Positions 1 to 14,020 of a DNA stretch of 64,000 bases are shown piece after piece. The stretch's first letter is position 1, and the number at the start of each line of letters is the position of its first letter. Below the pieces are notes generated by a model. The model saw only the letters and a list, made by a program, of their open reading frames with translations, had not been told where the DNA came from and did not search any database. Origin of the DNA: Blastocystis sp. Blastoise (lineage: Eukaryota; Protista; Bigyra: Opalinata); NCBI GenBank assembly GCA_039096225.1, contig JBBPEB010000005.1:1318072-1382071 (forward strand), written 5' to 3'. Made by a program: the position numbers and the translations under genes.

Positions 1-3000
1 TAAAATTATTATATATATATACCATCAGGACATTCTACAGGTAAATGTGAAGGACAAAAAGGAAGTTTTTCTGGATCTTGCTATATATATTATATTATTA
101 TTAGTATACAAATAAAAATAAAAATAAAAATAAAATAAAAATAAAATAAACATCACCTACATACATTACAATTTATACATGGTTTACATAAACTATAATG
201 AGCTACACAACTCATATCATCACATAGAAAAGGAATATCTTTTGGACAAATAGGTCTTTTTGGACAACTTCTATATAGAAAACTAATTTCTTGATCTGTT
301 TCTTTTCCTTGTATTAATGTATAATTTTCTATAGAATTATAAGGATTATCAGATTGATCTTCATTTATAATATTTAAAGATAATAAAATAGGTGAATATC
401 GTTGACCATGTAAAGGAATACAATCTCCAGAAGCACATGCTTGAGAATGATATATAGAACATCTATTTAATAATAAACATTGTGAAGGATGAGAAACACA
501 TTGACCATTTGGACATATATAAGATTGATTTATAGGACAAGAATATGTATTAGAATTTAGAATAGAAGAACATTCATTTCTTGTAGAAACACAAGTACCA
601 TTAGAACATAATATAGGATGAAGAGGAGAACAACCATTAATAAATGTACATTCATTAGCATTCCTTACACATTCTCCTCGAATACATTTATAAGGTCTTT
701 CATGAGGACAAGAATGATATGTATATTCAGTTGTACAATTATAAGAATATTTCACACAACGACCTGTTGGACATTTATAGGGAGATGAGAGTGGACAACC
801 TATATATATTATTATTATTTATTTATTTATTAATATATATAATATATATGTAATAAATAAAACCTTACCATTATCACTAAGACAATCTTCTTCTTTTTCA
901 ACACATAATCCATTATATAATCCTGTTTTACACATATAATTATAAGGAGATGTACATATAGTTCGATCAGTACATAAAGAAGAAGAAGCACGACAACTAC
1001 CATCAGAACAACGAATATAATTTGTATTATAATTACTTGTATTACAAGGCATAATCAAAGGACAATCTGTATACGATTTCACACATATACCTATAGCACA
1101 TCGAATTGGTTTATCTTCACTACATAATGAAGGAAGACTAGAAAAATAAGAATATAAATATTGACGATCTACAAAATAAACTAAAGGAGATTCAAAGAGT
1201 TCTGAAGAAAATAAGGATAACTTATTATTATTATTATTTATTAATGTATGTTCATATTCATTTAATAAAGGAGATGATTTCTGAAGATTATTTTCTGTAA
1301 AGAAAGATTTATCCATATATTTCATAAAAGAATCGATTATTGTATTATATAGAGTATTTATTATAGATTTTATATTATTCATTATTTTATTTATATAACT
1401 ATTATTATTTATATCTGTATTCAATAATGAATTAACAAATAAAGAAGGAGAAGGAGATGTATCTTCAGGAATAAATGAATAAGAAGAATAAGGACAATAA
1501 AAAGTAGATATCATACATAAACCATTCTCACATTGTTTATATGGAGCAACACATAAAGCTAGATAATAGTTATTTATTATTATAAATAAAATAATAAAAT
1601 AAAATAAAAAAAAAAATAAAAAAATAAAATAAACAAACATACGACTACATTCTTCATCTTCTTTAATACATTCACCATTATAACATGATTTAGGTTTAGA
1701 AGAAAAGCAACCATTCGAAAGAGGACAATCTTCTATAGATTGACGACATGTACCATCTAAACAACGTATATATCCATTAGTATTACAAGTCCAATCACAA
1801 GAAGAATGATAAATATCTATATTATTCTTTGAACTATCTTTTGAATAACATATTAATGTATTATGACACCATCCACTAAATTGATCACTATTACAATTAT
1901 CATTCGATGTACATTCTTCTTTTGAAGATACACATAATCCTGAAATACATTTATAAGGTTTAAACATAGGACATAAAGGTTCAGAACATAAAGAAGAATC
2001 ACGAACACATGTACCATCAGAACATAAATATTTATCATAACTACAAAAACCAGTCACATAATGATCACTTTCCATTGAATATTTATCTAAAAAAAAATAT
2101 TATATATTATAAAAAAATATATATTATAAAATAAAATAAAATAAAATAAATAAAAAAAAATTATAAAATAATAAAAAAAAACATACTATAATAACCTTCA
2201 TATCCATTAATACAATCACTTCGATCTTTAACATATTCTCCATGAATACTACAGAAACTAGTAAATTTAGTAACTTGTCTTGCTCCTGTAGTAATACATT
2301 TTCCATTAAGACAATTAGAAGGTACATAAGGAGGTATAGGTGGACAATCATCTTCAGAAACATGACATGATTGATCCCAACATAATATAGGATTTGTAGT
2401 TGGACAATATAATAATGGACATTTCTTTGTTATAAATACACAACTACCATCATTACATAATTTATAATTAATAGGACAATGAATAGTATTAAGACATTGA
2501 TTCTGATGATAATGACATAATCCATCACTACATAAAATAGGTTTATTTCTTGGACATATACGATAAGAAGGACATTGTTCACTTTGAGATATACAACTAC
2601 CCTCTATACATCGTTTACTACCTTTAGGACAAAGAGGAGGAGGAATAGAATTCGATAAGATATTCGATTGAAAGGATGTATCTGTAGATAATGGATCCCA
2701 ATAATATTTATTTATAGAAGTTAAAGATCCTTCTATAGAAGCAATAGGATCTCCTGTAGGTATAAAATAGGGAGATATACTATATATATAATAACTATCA
2801 TCACTATAATGTATATTATATCTTCTACAAGGATAAAATTGATAATTACGTGAACATAAATGTTGATATCGATCTTTTATTTTATTTATACAATTATTTA
2901 TATCTTCTTTATTATTATATACATTACATACATCTATATACATTTCTAAATATTTACTAACACATTGTTCTATTGTATGTTTTATATTTAAATCTGATTT

Positions 3001-6000
3001 ATCATGATATTCTGTTATATCTAAATATTCTTCATTATATTCTTGTAAAGAATTATAGATATAAGGGAATATATTAGTAACACCATAAGTACTATCTTCA
3101 ATCATATAACAACCTCCATCTTCACATCTCATTTCATTATCTCTACATACAGATATAGTAGGACATAAATAAGAATGTTCTACACATATTTTTTGATAAT
3201 CACACATATAGAATCCTAATGGACAATGATAATTAGATTCATCAGTACATAATGAATAAGAAGATACACAATAACCAGTATCACATAATATAGGACTCGT
3301 AGTAGGACAAATAACAGGACTTGAACATAATAAACTATTTCGTACACATGTTTTACTAGAAGAACAATAATATGGATAAGCAGAAGGACAATGAGAAGTT
3401 AATAATATTGAAGAAGAAGGAATAGTTATATTTGTAGTAGTTTCTAAAGATTTATTTTATTTATATAGTTTATTATTTATTATTATTATATAATATATAT
3501 ATATACTTCCTTGTTGATTTCTTTCAATAAAATGAATTTGTGAATAACAATCTTTAGTATTTTCAACACAAGTACCATTATCACAAAGAATAGGTTTTTC
3601 AAAAGTACATAAGATACTAGGTCTACATTGTTGATAGAATAAAGCACATCCTCCATTAGGACAATTTATATAAGGAGATCGACAAAGAGGTGTTTGAGAA
3701 CAATAAAAAGATGAAGGTTTACATGTATTATCAGGACATAATACAAGAGGAGAAGGACATGTAAAGTTATTAAAGAAAATATATAAATATATAAATAAAT
3801 ATAATAAATATAAATAAATATTATAAATATATAAAGGATATGAAACATGTGTTGGACATTCAAGCATAGAAACAACACAAGTATTATCATTACATTTATA
3901 AAAGTTCTTTGGACAATTTGTATAAATATTAATGATTGTAGATTCATTTAAAGATTTTTCATAAATAATATTATTATAAGCATCTTTATGATAGAGAGGA
4001 TAAGGAAATAAAGTAGTTTCTTCATTATTATTATTAGTAGTAATAGTTTTAATAGAAGAAATAGCTTGAATATTATTATTAAGAATAGAAGAAGATGAAT
4101 ATAAATTCATATTTCTTGATCTTGTATTTGGTGCACTTTCAGATAAATTTAAATATAAGAATTTATTATCATATTGATAATTATAAGTTTCACCAAAAAT
4201 AAATATAGAATCCGAAATACATTGATTTGAAGGAGATAAATGATAATATCTTGGACATGTAATTGAAGAAGGACATAAAGTAGCATTCTTAACACAATAT
4301 CCTTGAGGACATCGATAAGGATAGGTTAATGGACATGTTGTATATATACATTCAGATATACTATAATTATAATTATTATTATTATATTATTATAATATAA
4401 TATATATATATACTTATGTGTACACATTCCATCAGGACATAAAATAAGTGGTTTAGGACAAAAACGAAGAGAAGGACATTCAATTGGATCAATAACACAA
4501 CTTTTCTATTTATATATATATTATTAATAATAATAATAAAATCATATAAAATACTTTATCCCAACATAAAATAGGAGCATAAGAAGGACATTGAATAGAG
4601 TTTTTATATTGATTACATTCTTCTATAGATACTGCACAAGTAACTAGATCTCCACAAGTAATTGTAGAAGGTGGACAATGAACTTGTTGAGGACACATTT
4701 GTTTATTTATAGCTATTGTTCCATCAACACATATTACTTTATTTGTATCATGTATAGGAAAAGAAGGACATCTAAAAATATATATATATTATAATATATT
4801 AATTATAAAAATAAATCAATCTATATACTTCATATAATTATCAACACAAGCTCCATTTTCACATATATATCCATGACAAGTACAATTATGAATATCTTGT
4901 TGACAACCTATATGAATATCTTCAGATTCACGATTCATACAAGCTTCCATTCCTAGAGGACAAGTAAGACTATTATGACAATCATTCCAATCAGAAACAC
5001 AATGAATAGTTTGTCCATTATCAACGAATTCTATAGGATTCTTTATGTAATCACCATTCATATTATTATAACATATATAAGGACTAAGAGAAGAATGCTG
5101 CTTACATAAAGAAGGAAGGAAAACAAGATTTGGTTGAGTACCTAATAATATCTTTGTATAGATTTCTGTATTTGTAAGATCATCCCAAGTAATATCTGTT
5201 AAATAAAAATCTATAGATCCATAACCATATAAAGGAGATAATATAGTTAAACTATGTATATAAGGAGTCTGAGATTTGAAAGGAATAGTCAATCGAAGCT
5301 ATATACATAGAAATTTTATGAAATAATTATTATTAAATATATATATAAAATCATACAGATCTTTGTTTTCCACTTGAATCAAGAGTAATAATAGCAAATA
5401 GAGTTTTATTGGATGTATTAATATCTAATAAATTCCCTAATGCATCACGAATCTTAATAATCATAGTCACATCTGTATATAGAGAAGTACTCTCTGAAAT
5501 AAATGATATATATGTATTTGTATATTCAGGTTCTAAAGGAGAAAGAGGAGTAATTTTATTAAGAAATATTATATAGATATATTTTTATAATTATATTATA
5601 TATAATATAAAGGATATAGATAATGATATTGAAGATATGGATGATTATTAATAATAGGATAATATATATAATCACCAGAATAGATTAATTTATATTCACA
5701 AGTATAGGAATCCTTTATAAATATACAAGGGAATAGTTCAGTATGAAGAATAGGATTTCCATCACCCTCTATATCCAGTGATACATCCATTTCAATAGAA
5801 ATAGAATAGGCATCAAATTCTATTGGACGTTCATATATATCATAAAGATATATATATATAAAACAAGTTGTATTCACACGTTCACATTCATCATTCTTAA
5901 GGACTATTTATATTTATATTTATTTATTTATATATAGATTAATAAGAATACTTGTAGATTGATATCTGATTTGTGCTGGATACAGTTGAATCTTTAATAA

Positions 6001-9000
6001 TGGAAAAGGAGAAGTTGAATTATAATATAATTGAAGTGTATATTCAGTTAGTATATTTATTAAAGAAAATAATTTTTATTTTTTAAATATATTTATAATT
6101 ATATAAATAGGATATAATTTCCAGGATGAGTAGAAGTTAAATCATTATAAATTATCAAATATTGACCTATATAAAAATATTATATTTTATTATATTATTA
6201 TATATATACCAAGTTCTTTATCATATAATTGAACAGTCAAATGAGGTGGAATAAACATTGTATTCGACTATATAGAATAATAATAATAATAATATATATA
6301 TTATATATATACAGAAGATGTAATAGCCATAGAGAATAGATTTGTGTCAAAATAGGTATATACAGGATTCTCATATATATCTACAGTAGATAATAAGAAT
6401 GATCCTTTTGTCTATTAATATATAATATAATATAATATATAAATATATACATTTTCTCTTAATCCATGTATACTACATAATCCATCAGGTAACTTATCTT
6501 CATTCTCTAAGGGAGAACAGGAATATATATAGGAAGTAGCTTCTGATGGTTTTATAATAGCTTGTATTGGAGAATTCTATTCATATATATATATAGAATA
6601 TAATAATATAATAAATATACTAATAAAGCTACTCCAGATCGTTTTACATATATATCATAGTTTCCAATTGTATATAAATATAACGAAAATACATATACAT
6701 TTCCATAAATTAATATTGCATAACTATATAGATATATAATAATAATAAAATATATATACCTATCAGTTTCTATACGAGTTTCATTCTTATATATTTCTAT
6801 ATATAATTCTTTTGATATATCTTCTTCTATTGTATTATTAAAGGAGTGATTATTAAGAAAATATTTATTTATATAATAATATAATATATATATAATATAA
6901 AAGATATATCAAAGAGATGAACATGAATGAAAATTTGATTACCAGCTATATAAGCTATATATAGAAATAATAATGATAATAAATATATATATATATACTT
7001 TTATTAATTCCTTCATCATCTAATAATTCTATATATAATAAAATAATAAAAATACATATAATAAATACCATTTTTTCCATAATCTTCATAATTAGGAACA
7101 GGAATAGGATTATTATTAGAAGGGAAATGAATAAATGATTGTTGAGGGTCCATAATTGATGGAGAAATAATCAATTGAAATTGTTGTTTATAATGAATGT
7201 ATTCAAGAGAAAATGTTATTGTGTATGTATCAGCATCAATATAATACATTCTATATAATATAATAATAATATAATATATATAATATATACTTTGTATAAA
7301 TAGTATTATGATCAAAAATAAAGATAGCTGGTTTATTCCCTGTGCAATAAGGTAAATCACATACATTGAGATTATTACCCTTAGAATCAATCACTTTATA
7401 ATATAGTAATAATAATAATAATAATATATATACATGTTGATTTTAAGAATGGTTGAATATAAGTAGGATTAATATCATTACCATAAATATCTCGTGGATG
7501 AAATGTACAATTGAATTCTATTCCTGTAGTTAATTCATCAGGACAAAGTAAATAAGAAGGAGATCCAAGAAGATCTATATAATTATATTATTATTATATA
7601 TTATATATATACTCATATTAGGATAAGCATAAGTAGTAGTAGTAAGTATTTCAATATAGGGTTTATCTTCAAAGGATGTAGAAATAGTAATTGTATATAG
7701 ATCTCGATAAGAAGAAAGATGAAGAGGAGAATCTATTAGAAACTATATAAATATTAATTATATATATATTATTAATAAATATACATGAATATGATTATTA
7801 TTGAGAGTATAAGAATAGAGAAGAGGAGGAGAAGAAGTTAAATTGAATTGTTGATTTATAGGAATAGGACTATATATAATAAATAGTATATAAAAACAAT
7901 ATACATTTCATTATTATGAATATCTTTAACAATAACATCTAATTCTCTTCTTATTTCAGGTACAAATCCCATACTGAATGTTCCTGAATAGGTTGATGAT
8001 AAAGAATACTTTAAACATGTCCATGTAGTAATTGTCACTGATGTATCCAATATAGGCATATTATTATATAATAATATAAACGTATAATTACGAGCAGTAG
8101 GAAGATGAGGTATAGTTGTATATAGATTAAAGAAAATAATAGTATTTAATTATTATTATTAATATATATATATATAAAAGGATATTTATAAGTACCAGGT
8201 GATGTAGTTTCAACTATATACATGATTCCATCATAATAATCTTCATCTATATTTATCCTATATATATTTATATTTATATAATAATAATAGAATACCATTT
8301 AAGATTAGATTGTTGACCCGTAATAATATGCTGATTTTCATCAAATATTTGAAATGAAAAGAATGGATCAGTTTCTAAATTGACATTTAATATCGATGAT
8401 ACATGAAATTTAAGAGGAGATGTTAATCTATACAGATATATAAAAAAATAATAAAAAATATATATACATGAATAGAGAATAAGGAAGAGAAGATAGAGTA
8501 ATAGGAATATCTTTAGAGAATAGATTATCCTGCTTATTTTGAAAGAATAGACGTATATATAAATAAGGATATTCTGATTCAGTAAGACCAATAATAGAAG
8601 ACATTTCAACAATATAATGAATATGAATACTATAAATAAATAATATAAATAATAATAATAAATATACGTATTATTGAGTATATGTTTATCTACAGTAAAA
8701 GGAGTATCTTCTAAAGTATCAGCTCGTCGAATATCTATATCAATATATTCTCCTTCATGATTATATATAGAAAAAGAAGGATCTTCTTTTGAATATCCAC
8801 CTTCTTCAATATAATATGTAGCATTCAATGAATTAAAATATTCATCTTTTAAATTCATATAGATATCTCCACAAATAGAAATATTAGTAGAATCACAATA
8901 AGAAACAAATTCAATTCCAGTACCATGAATATCAGTATGAGCAATATAAAGAGTACCAGGAACAACAGTTAGATAAGAATCATAGATATTTCCAGAAACT

Positions 9001-10183
9001 AATGTAATCAATGAAATCTTATGGAATCCTGATACTTTAGCAGGTATAGAACATGTACTAAGAAGACTTATTGAATCTGGATTCATAACATCATAATAAG
9101 TATTTCGATCTATATAAAATTAAATTAAAATTATATATATATTATATATATACCTTCTACATAACTATAATCACATATTTTATATACACTTTGTAAATTA
9201 ATTACTGAATTATTATATCTATAAATTATATATATATGAATAAAAAGAATAATAAAATAATTACATATCAAAGAATTTGATGTTTATAGGAATAATATCA
9301 CCAGCAGTATAAAGAGAATCATGAGTTACTTTTATTGTAGATGTACTATATATATATATAAGAGAATAATAATAATAATTAATATACATTTCAGTAGAAG
9401 GTATAGTAGTGATATTCCATTCTAAAGAGGACCAAATATTATCTTCAGATAAACAATCTATTTTCACAGTGATATTTCTAACTTTTGAAGGTAATTGAAT
9501 AAATGTATAAAGAGGACAAATAGAAGTATATTGATATTCTTGTGTATATATATCAAGAGAAGGAGATGTTGAAAATGAATAAAAGGATTTCTGAGTATAC
9601 TATATAATAATATTATTTAATAAATAAATATATATATATATACATCTCCATCACCTTTAATATACACTTTATATTTATCTCTTCGATTATCTAAACAATA
9701 TCCATCATCATATATATCTCTTGTATATATATACATATACGTTAATGTACCTGCAAAACTAATAGGACTGTAAAAAGTAGAATTAAGAAATATATATAAT
9801 ATTATTATTGAGAGAATATAATATAAAATAAAATAAAAGGATATATAGATTTCAGTTTTCGAGCAATCATTAGGACTAATTCTACTTTGAATAGTACAAT
9901 ATATATAAGAATTAATCATATCAATATCTTCTTCTTCTTGATTTAGAAGACGTACATATAAATGACCATTAGAAATCTCACGAAAGAAACGAATGGATAA
10001 TGTATATTGTGAAGTAGAATCCATAGTGATTCTATAACTAAAGAATTGATCGGATTCACCTGGAAATAAAGGAATATCAAATCCTTCTGAAGATGTTACA
10101 TATAATTTTATTATAAAATTATTCTGATTCACTAAATTATAATAACGATCTCTTACTATTAATGTAAACTATATATATTATTT

Positions 10184-10215
<32 letters not shown>

Positions 10216-13200
10216 CAACACTTCTATATAAAGGAATAATTGAATAGATAGTAGAGATAGAAGAGTAGAGATAAGAAGGAACATCACTATATACTGATAA
10301 TTGGAATGGAGTATTAATCACAGATAAACCATTCACACTATAAAAATATTATTATAAGTTTATTTATAATTATACAAATATACATCCATCTAAAATAAAC
10401 AGATTCTGAAGTATACGAAACAAATTGATATATTAATTTTTCATGTAATGGATCTATATATAATAATAAATAATAATAACTAAATAAATACCTTCTTTTG
10501 AAGTAAAGAAATAAGATTGATCTGTATTTAATAGAATTGTTCCTGTAAATAATGTTGTAGGAACTGTATTATTATATTCATCACGAAAATATATTTCAAA
10601 ATTATCTATATATTTATGTTATTATTAAATAAATATAAAATAAATATATACGAATAACACCAACAGTAGTAGTTCTATTTGGTGGTATAAAAATAGTATT
10701 AGAAGGAAGAAGAGAACCATGAGTTACTGTCCATGCAGATAAAAATGGAGAATAATGAATAGGAATACCATCTACTGTTATATAAATATCATATATAGCT
10801 ACATAGATAGCTTTTAAATATAAATAAAGAGAAGAAGAAGAAAGATAGGAGAAGGTATATGTAGGAAGAGATGGAACTATATATATATATAGAATAATAA
10901 TAATAAATAAATAAAATAAATACCGTTTCGATCACTAATAAAAGTGACTTTAATTCGTTGTTCGAGATCGATATCTATAGGTATTTGTCCACATCGACTA
11001 TTAAGAAATAATTGAAGTGGATATATAGATCCTGCAGTACTCGTGAAGAAGAGAGGATATTCAGAAGTAGTAATAGTAGTAGAAGTCAAAGGAATCGTTG
11101 ATACTGTAGGAGATATCAATTGGATACCCTATTCAATATAATTATATTATTATTATTATTAATATATACATTTTCGGGTGAAATAATTTCTAAATAATAT
11201 CCTGATGATAGATGAGAGACAGAATCCTATATATATAATAATAATAATGATTATATATAGAATGATACAAGATTGATATTGAGAGTATGTTTATTCGAGA
11301 GATAGAGATGAAGTTGATTATATCTAGAGATCAATTGTAGAGTTAATTGTCCATTATTATAGAAGGAATAGGATACTGAAGTAATTATAGAAGGAGATTT
11401 CATTGTAGGAGGAGTATCACCAGGTAAATATACTTGAAGAACTATATATTATTAATATTTAATATTATTATATTTATATACTATTTTCATTAAAGAAGAA
11501 TATATAAGAATTAGATTGAGAGAAACATCGAGATTGAAGTATATTATTATAAGGAATATCAGGGTTTATTACAGGAGTAGAAGAAGAGTATTGTATATAA
11601 GGATGAAGAAGAATACAAAATGGAGATATGGATTCTATATATATATAATATATATTTAGTATATATATACCTAAATAGATATTTGATTTAAATTGAAGTA
11701 TTTCATACATATAAATATGATATCCAAATATTGATGTTTTATTAAGAGATACAGTCTAAATATATATATATAATAATAAATATATATATATACTTGTTGT
11801 TGAATATGAATATTTTGGAAATCTCTTGTACAATAATAAGGATTTTCTCCTTCACTGTTTAAAGTACTACTATAGCTATTTCCAGAGAGATTAATACTAC
11901 TATTCATATTTGGTATAGTTGTAGTATCTTCTTTATCAATAATCATAGAAACTACTTTAGAGAGAAGAGGAGCATCACAGAGAAATGTCAAATTCGTTTG
12001 AGTTATAAAACGAGATATAGAATCTATATAATAATAATATTATTTTTATTATTATTATTATTATATACTTGATTGAGTTCCACATGTTCTAGAAGCAAAG
12101 AATATAGATATAGAATAGGTGATTCCAGGAATAAGACCTAATTTATCTGCATAATTCGTTATATTAATATGAGAACCAACTGGAGTATTATAACTATATA
12201 AATAATAATAATAAATAATATTTAATATATATATATACCCTCCATAATCTAAGAATAAATGTTTATTAATAAAAACCCATAATCCATTATTCGTTTCAAA
12301 ATCTATAAATTGATCTGTTCTATTCTCATATCTATATATATAATAATAATATTATATAAATATAAAATAATAATATACAAGAAGAATAGATTTGTTTTCA
12401 TAGTAAACCAACATTTCTTACCAATATATTCTTCTATTGGACTTAATGCATATCCTCCTTTTACATCTGTTAAAGGAAAATAAGTAGGACTAGAAGATAT
12501 AAAATTTTATATATATATATATATATATACTAATTAAGTGTAAGAAGGTTTTTGGTACCAATAATACCAATAAGAGGAAAAGAGAAAGAATAAGAATTAT
12601 TACTTTCTGTAAACCATGTATTGAAGGTAGAATATGTAGAATTCATAGATGCACTATAAAAAGAAGAATAAAAAAGAAGAATAAAAAAAAATATAATATA
12701 TATATATATATATACAGGAAGATCATAATCATTGAGTTCTGATTCAACGAATCCAGTTTCTTTAGAACTTCCCCATTTCTGAAAGTCAGTATTCCCTTGG
12801 GGATCTAAACAACATAATCGAGAAATCACTTCATTATTATGGAAATCATCAGTAATATCCTCTACGAAACAACATCCATCTCCTGCAGCAGTATAATCAT
12901 AATAGGTACTCATTGTATATATTATAGCTATAAAGAATTATATTCATTATATATATATATATAAATATACGAGAAGTAGCAACAAAAATTCGAATATTGT
13001 TATCAGCATAATCATTCACTTTATCACATACTGTTTCTACTCTATCTTCTTTTGAATATAAATTTGAATATATATATCTATATAAAAAAATATAAAAATA
13101 ATAAATACATATATATATACTTTGGATAATTTGAAGGTTGTTTTGTAATAAAATTATCTGTATAATGAATAATACAATCACGAATACCAAATCCTTTCTC

Positions 13201-14020
13201 ATCAACATATAATGCATATACTCTATATAAATAAATAAATAATTAATAATTATATATATACTTATAAGTAACTGATTTTGTTTGTATTTCAATATATTCA
13301 CCTCCAGGAAGTGATTGACAAGATTCATAAGGCCATTGATTTGTTATAAATTCATTAAATGTAGAATACTTTTGAAAAGTCATTATGAAATATTCATCAT
13401 CAGACCAACCATTTATATTCAATATTAACAACTTTAACGAGGTTTCTGGCAATAACGAAATAGGAAGGGAACCTATAAATATATTTCAATTTATAATTAT
13501 TTTTTACAGATAAATATGATGATAAGAATCATAAATTTCATATTTATAGAAATTAAAAAAAAATATAAAAATCATACCAATTACGTCGTAATCTCTGAAT
13601 GAATTATTCTCTATGTTCTTAAAGCCTGTAGGATCCGATATATGTTCTATATAACTTCGTTTATCTGTTATAAAGTCATTATTGGAATTCGAATAAAACA
13701 TTTCCCACATTTGACCTTGAAAATGATAACAATAAGTCTAAATAAATGAATAAATGATTCTAGAATTCTATTTATATATCATTACATACAAGATAAACTT
13801 CATTACGATCTTTTCCTATCCAAACATACTCAGAATCAAAATAATAATCACCTCCTTGTTTTATCATACAATCTTGTGCAGGCAATTCTCTTGATTTACC
13901 TATTCAATTATGTGGAATATTATGGAATTAAGAGAATAGAAAAAAATTACCTAGTGTTTTTTCAGAATTCACTGCTAAACATGTAGTATAGATGAATAAG
14001 AGTAGATAAAATATTCTCAT
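1..14020 (-). CDS. Giant secreted/surface protein: signal peptide, PA14/fibro-slime domain, filamin/Ig-like repeats and many Cys-rich CPxxxPxxCxDGxC repeats; 3' end runs off the window
   Basis: ATG at 14020 gives MRIFYLLLFIYTTCLAVNS, which is signal-like. Spliced exons at ~12060-12720 read STFNTWFTES..YFPLTD..DFETNNGLWVFINKHLFLDYGG..KLGLIPGITYSISIFFASR, matching the PA14/fibro-slime motifs. The 5.3-11.5 kb exons carry filamin-like motifs (TAG..I....D.yNN, ...PF.L.V). The 0-5 kb ORFs are tandem Cys-rich repeats. About 55 short introns by hand count. Confidence 0.85.
3761..3841 (-). other. U12-type AT-AC intron
   Basis: 5' ATATCCTTT ... TTTTCTTTAAT-AACTTTAC 3'. Splicing gives CPTHVS|CPSPLVLC and restores the Cys repeat. 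Confidence 0.9.
5550..5617 (-). other. U12-type AT-AC intron
   Basis: ATATCCTTT ... TTTCTTAAT-AAAATTAC. Splicing gives HPYLQYHYL|PLSPLEPEY in frame. Confidence 0.9.
6051..6115 (-). other. U12-type AT-AC intron
   Basis: ATATCCTAT ... TTTTCTTTAAT-AAATATAC. Splicing gives HPGN|LTEYTLQLYY in frame. Confidence 0.85.
6846..6907 (-). other. U12-type AT-AC intron
   Basis: ATATCTTTT ... TTTTCTTAAT-AATCAC. Splicing gives AGNQIFIHVHLFD|SFNNTIEED, a filamin-like motif. Confidence 0.85.
8118..8185 (-). other. U12-type AT-AC intron
   Basis: ATATCCTTT ... TTTTCTTTAAT-CTATATAC. Splicing gives PGTYK|TIPHLPTARNY..MPILDTS, in frame with ORF 7856..8059. Confidence 0.9.
9770..9844 (-). other. U12-type AT-AC intron
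   Basis: ATATCCTTT ... TTTCTTAAT-TCTACTTTTTAC. Splicing gives SKTEIY|SPISFAGTL. Confidence 0.85.

Noticed and set aside
8564-8572. ATATCCTT as a seventh U12 donor
   Set aside because: Lies in an open exon (SEYPYL) with no matching branch site or AC; removal is not needed.
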